The notes beneath the pieces are model-generated. The model did not search any database and was not told the DNA's origin. It saw nothing but the letters and a program-made list of their open reading frames with translations. From Rhodospirillales bacterium (GTDB lineage: Bacteria; Pseudomonadota; Alphaproteobacteria; Reyranellales; Reyranellaceae), in contig PLYQ01000166.1 in assembly GCA_003153415.1 (NCBI GenBank), positions 1 through 59,317 on the forward strand: DNA of 59,317 nt. The letters are read 5' to 3'. This document shows, in pieces, positions 27,476 through 35,443 of the stretch (the stretch's first letter is position 1; the number at the start of each line of letters is the position of its first letter). The position numbers and the translations under genes are program-made.

Positions 27476-27622
27476 CTAGGCCGCCTTCTTCTCGGGTGGC
27501 TGCACGACAATTGCCTTATCGGGTGCCGGCTTCTGGAGTTTCAGCGCCTCGTCCATCGAGCCTGTCAGCCACTGGTCGACGTCGGCCGGCGTAATCAAGA
27601 GCACCGGCATCGCCTTGGGATA
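27476..27622 (-). pseudogene. C-terminal relic of an SRAP (YedK/HMCES-family) gene
   Basis: YPKAMPVLLITPADVDQWLTGSMDEALKLQKPAPD resembles the HPKAMPVIL..W..A..LQRP C-terminus of SRAP proteins. Confidence 0.7.
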
Positions 27623-27701
27623 GGTGCGGCGGGGCGAACTGTAGGGATTGCAATGGTGACTATTCGAGGGAGGAATCGTAGCGACCGTGCGTAGCTCTCA
27701 G

Positions 27702-28007
27702 ATGGCAAATATAACCACCTTCCCAACCAGAGGCCGCACCTGGAGCACAAGCGAGCGGTTGACGCTGTTGGAAATCCACAGCGCTCTTCGGGAGCTACGG
27801 CCACCAATGGACTGCGAGCACGGGATAAGCGACGAAGGAGACCCGTGGACGGTATTCTATGATCGAAATCATGGGTCAATACTGGCGCACGTCGCCAGGG
27901 AGGGCAGTACTTACGTTTTGGTGTGGCCGGATCGAACTGCGGTGCGGACCCTGGATCTGAGTCGCTTCGTAGACGTCGCGCGCAATGGCTCGCTCCAGGC
28001 AGCTTGA
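27702..28007 (+). CDS. Hypothetical protein (SDEGDPW motif)
   Basis: EHGISDEGDPWTVF...ILAHVARE; last ORF before the right arm sites. Confidence 0.55.
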   Translation: MANITTFPTRGRTWSTSERLTLLEIHSALRELRPPMDCEHGISDEGDPWTVFYDRNHGSILAHVAREGSTYVLVWPDRTAVRTLDLSRFVDVARNGSLQAA

Positions 28008-28040
28008 TAGTGAACGCAAAGGGCCCCGATTAGCTCCTCT

Positions 28041-28060
28041 TGTGTCCCCATTGTGTCCCC
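28041..28060 (+). repeat. Putative integrase arm-binding sites, right end, 2 x TGTGTCCCC
   Basis: Copies at 28041-28049 and 28052-28060, 11-bp period. Confidence 0.8.
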
Positions 28061-28089
28061 CGGATTTCGTCGCGAGGCGGGAACCCTGT

Positions 28090-28102
28090 TAACCCATTGA
28101 AA
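28090..28102. promoter_or_regulatory. IHF-like site between arm and core
   Basis: TAACCCATTGAAA versus consensus YAANNNNTTGATW, one mismatch. Confidence 0.45.
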
Positions 28103-28137
28103 TATCTTCACTATATAACGTGGTGACGGCGGATAAC

Positions 28138-28161
28138 CTAGCCTTGCAGAGGAAATGACAT
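28138..28161 (-). pseudogene. Stranded native 5' end of the SDR gene (MSFPLQG*)
   Basis: GGAGATCGC-ATG TCA TTT CCT CTG CAA GGC TAG. Confidence 0.85.
28141..28152 (+). repeat. Right att core GCCTTGCAGAGG
   Basis: Identical to 12061-12072. Confidence 0.9.
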
Positions 28162-28238
28162 GCGATCTCCGAATCGGGACGTTCGACCCTAGCGGAGATC
28201 GGTCTGGAACTTAAGCAGAGGAAAGCCCGCGGAGGATT

Positions 28239-28589
28239 CTATTGGCACAGCCGCACAGGACACTCGGCGCCCTGGGGTGCAGCCCGACAGTCGCTCCTGG
28301 TCATCCACACGTATTTCGCGCCGATTTGCTTGCACGACTCCGTCCCCTCGCCGGGCGTCGACAGGCAGCAGACCTTGCCGGCCATGACCTGCGTCACGGC
28401 CGCCGTCCCGTCGTCGCAGATGAAATGTTCCGAAGAATTCCGCATCGGCTTCTTCGTGCTGCCGCCGGGACAGGCGCATGTGTTGGCAACATTGGCCGTG
28501 CCACCGATGACGGCACAGACTTCGGCGCGGACAGCCGATGTCGCCAGCATCGTGCCCAGCACGATCAAGGCGGCTGCGATTTTACCCAT
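28239..28589 (-). CDS. Small secreted cysteine-rich protein (10 Cys)
   Basis: Signal peptide ending AVRA; C, CxC, C, CC, C, C, CxxxxC pattern. Confidence 0.65.
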   Translation of the reverse strand: MGKIAAALIVLGTMLATSAVRAEVCAVIGGTANVANTCACPGGSTKKPMRNSSEHFICDDGTAAVTQVMAGKVCCLSTPGEGTESCKQIGAKYVWMTRSDCRAAPQGAECPVRLCQ

Positions 28590-28653
28590 CGTTCGTTCCC
28601 CGGCTCTTTAGGCTAGTCTTGCCGGCAGGATAGCAGCCTAGGGAGCCTTGCTC

Positions 28654-29163
28654 ATGAAATTTAGCGCAAGCCGGCGGGATTTAGTGCTCGCCTCGCTGTT
28701 CACGGCACTACCATTCGATCTGTCGGGCGCCGCCGCCAGTCCGATCAATCCGACAGAGACCATCATCAAGCTGCCGGCTGAATTGCAATGGAAGGCCAAC
28801 CCGGCCAATCCGCCGCGCAGTGTCGAGTCGTGCGTACTGACCGGCGATCCCACGGCACCCGGCCTCTATTACACACTCGTCCGCTGGTGGCCGGGCTACA
28901 TGAGCGCGCCCCACACCTACACGACCGATCGGTTCTGCATGGTCCTGTCGGGGATCTGGTGGTGCAACAGCGGCGCCGATTTCGATCCTGCCGCCTGCGT
29001 GCCCGCGCCGGCGGGCAGCCACGTCCGCCGCGTCGCGGGAACGCCGCACTACGACGGAGTGATCCGCAGCCACAATGAACCGGCGATCATCGCCATCTGT
29101 GGCGTGGGTCCGGTCAACTACAAGCTCAGCGATCCGTCGAAACCCGGCTGGCGCGAGGTCTGA
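28654..29163 (+). CDS. Exported cupin-domain protein
   Basis: Tat-like SRRDLVL, GDP..PGLY, MSAPHTY.TDR..MVLSG.W, PHYDG. Confidence 0.75.
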   Translation: MKFSASRRDLVLASLFTALPFDLSGAAASPINPTETIIKLPAELQWKANPANPPRSVESCVLTGDPTAPGLYYTLVRWWPGYMSAPHTYTTDRFCMVLSGIWWCNSGADFDPAACVPAPAGSHVRRVAGTPHYDGVIRSHNEPAIIAICGVGPVNYKLSDPSKPGWREV

Positions 29164-29166
29164 TCG

Positions 29167-29186
29167 GGGCGGGGTAAGCCCCGCCC
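29167..29186. terminator. Hairpin between convergent genes
   Basis: GGGCGGGG-TAAG-CCCCGCCC. Confidence 0.55.
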
Positions 29187-29187
29187 T

Positions 29188-29619
29188 TCAGCCCGCGACG
29201 ATGTAGGCCTTGAGCGCCTCGGTCTCGTGCTTGGCTTCTTCGAGCCGCGCCTTGACCACGTCGCCGATCGACACCAGGCCCAGCAGCTCGCCGTGACGCA
29301 CCACCGGCAGATGGCGGAAGCGGCCGCGGGTCATGGTCTCCATCACGTGGTCGATCGAATCGTCGGGATCGCAGGTCACGACGTCGCGGGTCATCACGCG
29401 GCTCGCCTCGAACTCGAGAGCGGTACTGCCGTGAGCAGCGATCACCCGCACGATGTCGCGCTCGGAGACGATGCCGGCGATCGAATCTCGCCCGTCCATC
29501 ACCAGAACCGAGCCGATGCGCCGTGTGCTGAGCTGCTGGGCGAGCTGGGCCACCGTGGTGCCTGGCGTCACCGTGAACACAAGACCGCCCTTCTGTGCGA
29601 GAATATCGGAGACGAACAT
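29188..29619 (-). CDS. CBS-domain pair protein
   Basis: IGSVLV..IAGIVSERDIVR, VMTRDVVTC, FRHLPVV..LLGLVSIGDVVK. Confidence 0.9.
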   Translation of the reverse strand: MFVSDILAQKGGLVFTVTPGTTVAQLAQQLSTRRIGSVLVMDGRDSIAGIVSERDIVRVIAAHGSTALEFEASRVMTRDVVTCDPDDSIDHVMETMTRGRFRHLPVVRHGELLGLVSIGDVVKARLEEAKHETEALKAYIVAG

Positions 29620-29702
29620 CGTTCCCCCCTTCTTTCGACTGGCATGACTGGCAAAGACTAACGGCGTAGCGCGGAGAAAGGTTGCGGGCCATAAAGCCCT
29701 CC

Positions 29703-30425
29703 ATGAACGATGCCCATCATGATCAAAGGGCGGCCCTCGTCCTGTTCTCTGGAGGACAGGATTCCACCACTTGTCTGGCCTGGGCGCTAGAGCGATTCGC
29801 GCATGTCGAGACGATCGCTTTCGACTATCGCCAGAGGCACCGAATCGAGCTGGATCAACGGCTTGTGGTGCTGGCCGAGATCCGCCGCCGCTTCCCGCGG
29901 TGGGCGGATCGGCTGGGACTGGATCATTTCATCGACATGGGCGTGCTCGGCCAGATCAGCGACACCTCGCTCACCCGCGACATGGCATTCGAGATGAAGA
30001 AGGACGGGCTACCCAACAGTTTCGTGCCGGGGCGCAATCTCCTGTTCTTCACCTTTGCCGCCGCGGTGGCCTGGCGGCGGAACATCGCCAACATGGTTGG
30101 CGGCATGTGCGAGACAGATTTCTCCGGTTATCCCGACTGCCGCGACGACACCATCAAGGCGCTCGAGGTGGCGCTCAATCTCGGCATGGGCCGCAGCTTC
30201 ACCCTGCACACGCCGCTGATGTGGCTCGACAAGTCCGCGACCTGGGCGCTGGCCCGCGAGTTGGGCGACGATGCGCTGGTCGAGACGATCCTCGACCATA
30301 CCCACACCTGCTACATGAGCAAGCGCGGACCGCGCCACGGTTGGGGCCACGGCTGCGGCATCTGCCCCGCTTGCGCGTTGCGCAAACGCGGCTACGAGGC
30401 GTGGCAACGGGCGACGGCGGGTTAG
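29703..30425 (+). CDS. queC: 7-cyano-7-deazaguanine synthase
   Basis: [33 protein letters not shown]...[10 protein letters not shown]. Confidence 0.95.
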   Translation: MNDAHHDQRAALVLFSGGQDSTTCLAWALERFAHVETIAFDYRQRHRIELDQRLVVLAEIRRRFPRWADRLGLDHFIDMGVLGQISDTSLTRDMAFEMKKDGLPNSFVPGRNLLFFTFAAAVAWRRNIANMVGGMCETDFSGYPDCRDDTIKALEVALNLGMGRSFTLHTPLMWLDKSATWALARELGDDALVETILDHTHTCYMSKRGPRHGWGHGCGICPACALRKRGYEAWQRATAG

Positions 30426-30961
30426 CGACCGCCAGCCAGGCGACGGGCGTCCTCGAGGTGCGCCTTCACCTGTGGCAGCTCGTTCTGGGCATAGCGGCGC
30501 AGCGCGTCGTGGCCACCGCTCTGTGCATAGACGTCGATCCGAAACGCCGCTTCGCTGAGCACGCCAAGCTGGGCATTGGCGTAGGAAGTGTCGAATTCAG
30601 GACCTTGAAGTTCGCCGAGGCGCTTCAGGATGGCGGTCGTATTCGGCTGCGATGTGGGATCGGGCACGTAGGCCACACCCGCGTCGGCGCGCGCCTGGTT
30701 GAGCCGTTCGGCTGCATCGGTGTGTTCGGCGATCATGCGGGTCGCCAGGCCGTGCACGTTCTCGTTCTTCGACCTGTCGATCGCGAGCTTGCCCGAGGCG
30801 ATCCCGAAATTGTTGGTCGACTGGGGATAGCCCACGAACCGGGCGTCGAGCGGGGCATCGACGGCGCGCGCCGGCGAAACGGGAACAAGACCGGCCGGAA
30901 GAACGACCAAGGCACCCAGCAATAAAGTACGACGAGCGATAAGCGTTATGGGACCCACCAT
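30422..30961 (-). CDS. DUF4142-like exported protein
   Basis: Tat-like [47 protein letters not shown]. Confidence 0.75.
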   Translation of the reverse strand: MVGPITLIARRTLLLGALVVLPAGLVPVSPARAVDAPLDARFVGYPQSTNNFGIASGKLAIDRSKNENVHGLATRMIAEHTDAAERLNQARADAGVAYVPDPTSQPNTTAILKRLGELQGPEFDTSYANAQLGVLSEAAFRIDVYAQSGGHDALRRYAQNELPQVKAHLEDARRLAGGR

Positions 30962-30980
30962 GAAGCGATTGTGGCACGTC

Positions 30981-31005
30981 AACGCCCGTCCGGGGTCGGG
31001 GTTCC
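30981..31005 (-). promoter_or_regulatory. EcfG promoter of the DUF4142-like gene
   Basis: GGAAC-N16-CGTT ending 20 nt before ATG 30961. Confidence 0.7.
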
Positions 31006-31037
31006 CGAACCGAAAAGGACCTGCTAGGAGCCGAAAA

Positions 31038-31628
31038 ATGAAGGCGTCGCCGAAAATGACCGTGAACACCCGGAAGGCCGAGGGCCTGGCCTACTTCCTG
31101 GCGTTCATCGCCTGCATTCCGACCGCCAACTGGATGGTGGTCCATCTCGGCACGGTCTGCGAGCCGGGCGGAGCCTGTTTGGTGCCGGTGTGGCCGTGGG
31201 GTCACCATGGCCCGCTGATGGCGCCGTCGGGCGTGGTGATGATCGGGCTCGCCTTGGTACTGCGCGACCTGGTGCAGCGCCGGCTCGGCCGCACGGTGGC
31301 GCTGCTTGCCGTCGTGGCGGGGGCAGCACTTTCGGCCGCCGTGGCGCCGCCGGCGCTGGTCATGGCTTCGGGAGCGGCGTTCCTGCTTTCCGAGCTCGCC
31401 GACTTCGCGGTCTACACGCCGCTGCAGCAGCGCGGCCTGGTGCTGGCGGTATTGGCAAGCAGCGTCGTCGGCCTGATCGCCGACAGTCTCCTCTTCCTGT
31501 GGCTGGCCTTCGGCAGCCTGGAATTCCTCGAAGGCCAGATCGTCGGCAAGCTCCTGATGGTATTGCTGGCACTGCCTGTCGTGCGCTGGATCCGCCAGCA
31601 CGAGCATCCTTCCTCCATCGCGGAGTAA
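31038..31628 (+). CDS. VUT-family (queuosine-precursor transporter-like) membrane protein
   Basis: ANW, LVLRDLVQRRLG, ASGAAFLLSELADFAVY, DSLLFLWLAFG, GQIVGK; AGGAG RBS. Confidence 0.7.
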   Translation: MKASPKMTVNTRKAEGLAYFLAFIACIPTANWMVVHLGTVCEPGGACLVPVWPWGHHGPLMAPSGVVMIGLALVLRDLVQRRLGRTVALLAVVAGAALSAAVAPPALVMASGAAFLLSELADFAVYTPLQQRGLVLAVLASSVVGLIADSLLFLWLAFGSLEFLEGQIVGKLLMVLLALPVVRWIRQHEHPSSIAE

Positions 31629-31633
31629 CGTCC

Positions 31634-32080
31634 ATGTCGCTGCAACTGATGCCGCTCGACGATCGCGTCGCCGTATCGGGCCAACTCACGGCTGCCGACA
31701 TGAAAGATGTCGCCGCCGCGGGCTATGTCGCTGTGGTCAACAACCGGCCGGACGGCGAGGCGACGTTCGGTCAGCCGCGTACGGCCGACCTGCAGCACGC
31801 CGCCGAGGCAGCCGGCCTGGTCTTTCTCGACCTGCCCTTTTCCGGGCCGCGCGCTTCGCCCGATCAGGTCAAGGCATTGGGCCGTCTGCTCGCCGAACGC
31901 GAGGGTAAGGTGCTGGCCTACTGCAAGAGCGGCATGCGCTCGGCGCTGCTGTGGGGCGCCGCTTCGATCGCCGCTGGCAAATCGCTCGACGAAGTGCTCG
32001 GCGCCGCCGCCAAGGCGGGACAGAACCTCGATCAGGTCGGCGAATTGATGGTGGCGCTCGCCCAAGCGTCGCGCGTCTAA
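31634..32080 (+). CDS. TIGR01244/DUF442-family phosphatase-like or sulfurtransferase protein
   Basis: VSGQL, VVNNRPDGE...QP, VLAYCKSGMRS (CX5R loop). Confidence 0.8.
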   Translation: MSLQLMPLDDRVAVSGQLTAADMKDVAAAGYVAVVNNRPDGEATFGQPRTADLQHAAEAAGLVFLDLPFSGPRASPDQVKALGRLLAEREGKVLAYCKSGMRSALLWGAASIAAGKSLDEVLGAAAKAGQNLDQVGELMVALAQASRV

Positions 32081-32111
32081 AGCGCAAACCAACATAATGT
32101 TGGTTTGCGCT
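32081..32111. repeat. Perfect 15-bp inverted repeat with a 1-nt spacer
   Basis: AGCGCAAACCAACAT-A-ATGTTGGTTTGCGCT. Confidence 0.85.
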
Positions 32112-32179
32112 AGCTTGTTTGCGCTTGAAGAGCGCGCTACGCCCTTTTAAATCGATGCCTGCTTTTGGGGGAGTCCGCG

Positions 32180-33010
32180 ATGATCAAGTCGATCCTGGCC
32201 GTGTCAGAAGGCGGCCCCGATGCCGCCATGTCGTTCCGCCTCGCGGCCCGCGTGGCGGCGGCCTTCGAGGGCGCCGTCGATGCGCTGCACCTGCCGGTCG
32301 GAATGGCGGGCGGCATGGTCGGCGGGCTGGCCATGAGCGGCGAAGCGATGCCGCTGATCATGAATCTCGACGACGAGCGGCTGGAAGAGCGCGCCAAGGA
32401 ATCGGAGCGCGCCTACAAGGAGCTGCTGGCGCTGATCAAGGGTGCCACCTACACCGCCGCCAAGACCGCGACGCTCGACGCCATGGTGGCGATGGGCCGC
32501 TGCTCCGATCTGCTGGTGCTGGGCCGGCCCGGCGCCGATCCGGAGAACGTGGCACCCGCCACCGTCGAAGCCGCCCTCTACGAATGCGCGCGGCCCGTCA
32601 TGATCGCGCCGCCCGATGCCGGCAGCGGCGGCTTCAACTCGGTGGTGGTGGCGTGGAACGGCAGCTTCCAGGCCGCGCGGTCGCTGGAATATGCCCTGCC
32701 CTTCCTGAAGAAGGCCTCCAAGACCACGCTGCTCGTGATCGGCGGCAAGCCAGACGATGTCGGCGCCTCCTATCTCGCTCGCAACCTTGGCCGCCAGGGC
32801 ATCAATGCCGCCATCGACGCCATCGATCCCGGCGCCGTGTCGGGCCGCACGCGCGGCCGCGCGCTCCTGGGCTACGCCCACGACAAGGGCGCCGACCTCG
32901 TGGTGATGGGCGCCTATGGCCGCGGCCAGGTGCTGAGCTTCCTCGGCCTGGGCGGCGCTACCGGCAAGGTGATCTCGTCCTGCCGCGTACCTCTGCTGAT
33001 GGCGCATTGA
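32180..33010 (+). CDS. Universal stress protein (tandem USP domains)
   Basis: MIKSILA, SDLLVLGR, ARPVM, VVAWNGS..AARS, ADLVVMGAYG....LGGAT. Confidence 0.88.
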   Translation: MIKSILAVSEGGPDAAMSFRLAARVAAAFEGAVDALHLPVGMAGGMVGGLAMSGEAMPLIMNLDDERLEERAKESERAYKELLALIKGATYTAAKTATLDAMVAMGRCSDLLVLGRPGADPENVAPATVEAALYECARPVMIAPPDAGSGGFNSVVVAWNGSFQAARSLEYALPFLKKASKTTLLVIGGKPDDVGASYLARNLGRQGINAAIDAIDPGAVSGRTRGRALLGYAHDKGADLVVMGAYGRGQVLSFLGLGGATGKVISSCRVPLLMAH

Positions 33011-33032
33011 AGCCGAATCTGCCGGGAAGACT

Positions 33033-33488
33033 CTAGGCCAGCGACTTTCCGAGCTGGTCGAGCAGGCCCTGCGTGCCGCGCTCGCGGCTGCCTGAATCGT
33101 CGTAACCGTCGAGGAAGACGCCCTGCTCGGTGAGCACGAGCTTGGTGCCCTTGCCCGCCGGTGTCAGCTCGATCGTGGCCAGCGATGCCGAGATCTTGTT
33201 CTCGCCGATGTGCATCTCGTAGACGTAGACGAGGCGCTCGTTGGGCACGATGTCGAGGTAGGTCGCCTCGAACGTATGAGGCTTGTGGCCCGGCGGCGTG
33301 CTGCTGAGGAATTCCTTGCCGCCTACTTTGAACTCCATCTTGCCGCGCGACTGCTCCCACTCGGCGGGTGCTGCGAACCAGCGCGCCTTGGCCTTGGGAT
33401 CGGCGAAGGCCTGGTACACGCGCTGGGGCGTCGCGGGATAGGTCCGCTCGAGGACGAAGGTGTCGTGCGTGGTCGAATGCTTGCTCAT
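33033..33488 (-). CDS. SRPBCC/AHSA1-family ligand-binding protein
   Basis: TFVLERTYPA.PQRVY.AFADP..KARWF, YLDIVPNERLVY, TKLVLTEQG. Confidence 0.88.
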   Translation of the reverse strand: MSKHSTTHDTFVLERTYPATPQRVYQAFADPKAKARWFAAPAEWEQSRGKMEFKVGGKEFLSSTPPGHKPHTFEATYLDIVPNERLVYVYEMHIGENKISASLATIELTPAGKGTKLVLTEQGVFLDGYDDSGSRERGTQGLLDQLGKSLA

Positions 33489-33838
33489 GATTTTCTCCGC
33501 GATTTAGGTTGAGGTTCGGTCTCGTCGAGATACGCACCCAAGGCGTCGAGGCGGCGATCCCAATTCGCGCGGCGCTCGGCGATCCAGCGTTCCGCCGCCG
33601 TCAGCGCCTTGGGCTCGATGCGGCAGGTTCGCACGCGCCCGACCTTCTGCGACCGCACCAGTCCGCTCGCCTCCAGCACACCGAGATGCTGGACTACCGC
33701 CGACAGCGTCATGGCGAGCGGCCGGGCGAGCTCGCTCACCGAAGCGGGCCCACGTGCCAGCCGTTCGACCATGATCCGCCGCGTCGGATCGGACAGCGCC
33801 TGGAACGCGAGATCGAGTGGCGCCTGATAGTTAAGCAT
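33485..33838 (-). CDS. ArsR/SmtB-family regulator
   Basis: FQALSDPTRR, ASVSELA, QHLGVLEASGLV.S.KVGRVRTC. Confidence 0.9.
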   Translation of the reverse strand: MLNYQAPLDLAFQALSDPTRRIMVERLARGPASVSELARPLAMTLSAVVQHLGVLEASGLVRSQKVGRVRTCRIEPKALTAAERWIAERRANWDRRLDALGAYLDETEPQPKSRRKS

Positions 33839-33850
33839 TAACTTAAGTAT
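33827..33850. promoter_or_regulatory. Probable ArsR operator overlapping its own start codon
   Basis: Imperfect inverted repeat ATAGTTAAGC-ATTA-ACTTAAGTAT; no RBS, so possibly a leaderless mRNA. Confidence 0.6.
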
Positions 33851-33888
33851 AGAACCGGCAAAAATAGGGCAAGCCCCACCTTAGGTTT

Positions 33889-35322
33889 TTATGGGCACGT
33901 TCCCGCCCCCTGGCTCAGCACCTCGGGGTCGGCGCAGGCGCTGCAGGCATTGCCGTAGGTCTTGCGGCTGCCGTCGCCACGCACGCCGCACGCCGGGCGG
34001 TAGTCGTGCGTGCACATCTGCGGCCGCGGGTCGGCGCAGGGGCCGCCGGCGATCGGCAACGATTCGTCGGCAAGCTCGGCCTTGGTCATGAGGAAAACGA
34101 AGGGCCGCAGGCGATAGTCGCTGATCGTGCCGATGATGGAGATCAGCACACCGGCCGCCGGCAGGGGCGTGAGCGGCCGGGCGAGCGTGACGGCGAGGTC
34201 CACGGTGTTGCTCGCCTGGTTCTCGTCGGTGAGCGCTGCCTCGATGCGGTCGGGCGTCGCCGAGATTACCTTCACCGGGACCTTGAGCCGCGTTCCACCT
34301 CTCTGCTTGTCGCCGATCGCCTTCCACGCCTTTTCCGCCGCCTCGCGGTTGGCATCCGAATCGTCACGGTGGCGAAGCACGAATTCGCATTCGGCGAAGG
34401 ACAGCGAATTGGGGTCGTTGTCGGCCACCAGCTGCACAGCCAGCTCGGCGGGCGACAGGGCACGCGAGATCGAGGCGGCGAATTTGTCGGGCGGCGAGCG
34501 CTCGCCCGCCGTCACGACCCCGGCGATGAGATCGTCCCAGCCATCCTCGCTGCCGTGGTAGCGCTGGTAGCGCGAGCGCGCGTATTTCTCGATGTTGGCC
34601 GCAGCGCTCTCGTTCTTGGTCGCGCGCGCAAGCGCTATGGCGCGCGCGGCGTGCCAGAAACCCAGCGCATCGAGCGGAGTGCTCTCGAGTTCGGCCACCG
34701 AGAGCTGATAGACGTCCTGGAGATTGTCGGGATCGCCCGCTACCGCCTCGAGGAAATGGACACGGGCATTTGCATAGTCCTTGGCCAGAAGTGCCGCGAA
34801 ACCCAGCGTGCCGCCAAACACCGCCGCGAACTGCTGCCGGGTCCGGGCAAACTCGGCATCGCCGAGCTGAGCGGGCTTCTGCAGCTTGGCCAGTACCGCG
34901 ACCCCGCGCTGGGCGGCATCGACCGCCGGGGCAAGTGCCGCGGCATTGCCCGTCATGGCGCGGGTGCGGCCGATGAAGGCGCGGTTGGCGAGCGCGCGCA
35001 GATTGTCGGGATCGAGTTGCAGAAGGCGCACCGCTGCCGCGTCGGCCTTTACGAGATTGTTGGCAGCCTGCCAGGCTGTCATCAGCTGCTCGAAGGCATC
35101 GATGCGCAAAATGCTGTTGGGATACCAGGCGAGAAACACGTCGAGTGCTTCGGCGCGCTTGGCGGCATCGCGGATGTTGAGCGCGGTCTTGTAGGCGGCG
35201 GGCTCGGCCGGATTGTCGATCGGCTTGATCTGTGCCGGCGCCTGCGTCTGAGCGCACACGTCAGCGCCGGCGGCCGCGACCGCGAGCGACAGGACGAGCA
35301 AGAGCCGACACAGGGCCTGCAT
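33889..35322 (-). CDS. Secreted TPR-like protein with a C-terminal Kazal-type domain
   Basis: Signal peptide, LQLDPDNLRALA and EAVAGDPDNL helical repeats, C-terminal CADPRPQMCTHDYRPACG...TYGNACSAC...GTCP. Confidence 0.7.
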   Translation of the reverse strand: MQALCRLLLVLSLAVAAAGADVCAQTQAPAQIKPIDNPAEPAAYKTALNIRDAAKRAEALDVFLAWYPNSILRIDAFEQLMTAWQAANNLVKADAAAVRLLQLDPDNLRALANRAFIGRTRAMTGNAAALAPAVDAAQRGVAVLAKLQKPAQLGDAEFARTRQQFAAVFGGTLGFAALLAKDYANARVHFLEAVAGDPDNLQDVYQLSVAELESTPLDALGFWHAARAIALARATKNESAAANIEKYARSRYQRYHGSEDGWDDLIAGVVTAGERSPPDKFAASISRALSPAELAVQLVADNDPNSLSFAECEFVLRHRDDSDANREAAEKAWKAIGDKQRGGTRLKVPVKVISATPDRIEAALTDENQASNTVDLAVTLARPLTPLPAAGVLISIIGTISDYRLRPFVFLMTKAELADESLPIAGGPCADPRPQMCTHDYRPACGVRGDGSRKTYGNACSACADPEVLSQGAGTCP

Positions 35323-35443
35323 TGCAACCTCTTCCACAGCCCCGGCACACGCTATCACGCCTCGGACGGTGGCCGGAAATATCGTGCTAGTTTTGTCGAA
35401 TTAAGGCAGTGTTTGCACGCGATTAAGAGCGGGGATCAAGCTA

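Larger units (their letters stand above)
12061..28152. mobile_element. Tyrosine-integrase integrative element / satellite-like genomic island, 16,080 bp between equivalent att positions
   Basis: 12-bp direct repeat at both ends, matching arm repeats, integrase next to the left end, xis and Prim-Pol core. Visibly more AT-rich and fragmented than the flanks. Deleting it restores an intact SDR gene. Confidence 0.92.

Noticed and set aside
12061-28152. Complete prophage or conjugative ICE
   Set aside because: No capsid, terminase, tail, lysis, relaxase or type IV secretion genes recognised.
12061-28200. tRNA or tmRNA integration site
   Set aside because: No cloverleaf at either end; the att core lies in SDR coding sequence.
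30962-31037. preQ1 riboswitch upstream of the VUT gene
   Set aside because: No recognisable preQ1 hairpin with A-rich tail; the gap is largely explained by the EcfG promoter and RBS.
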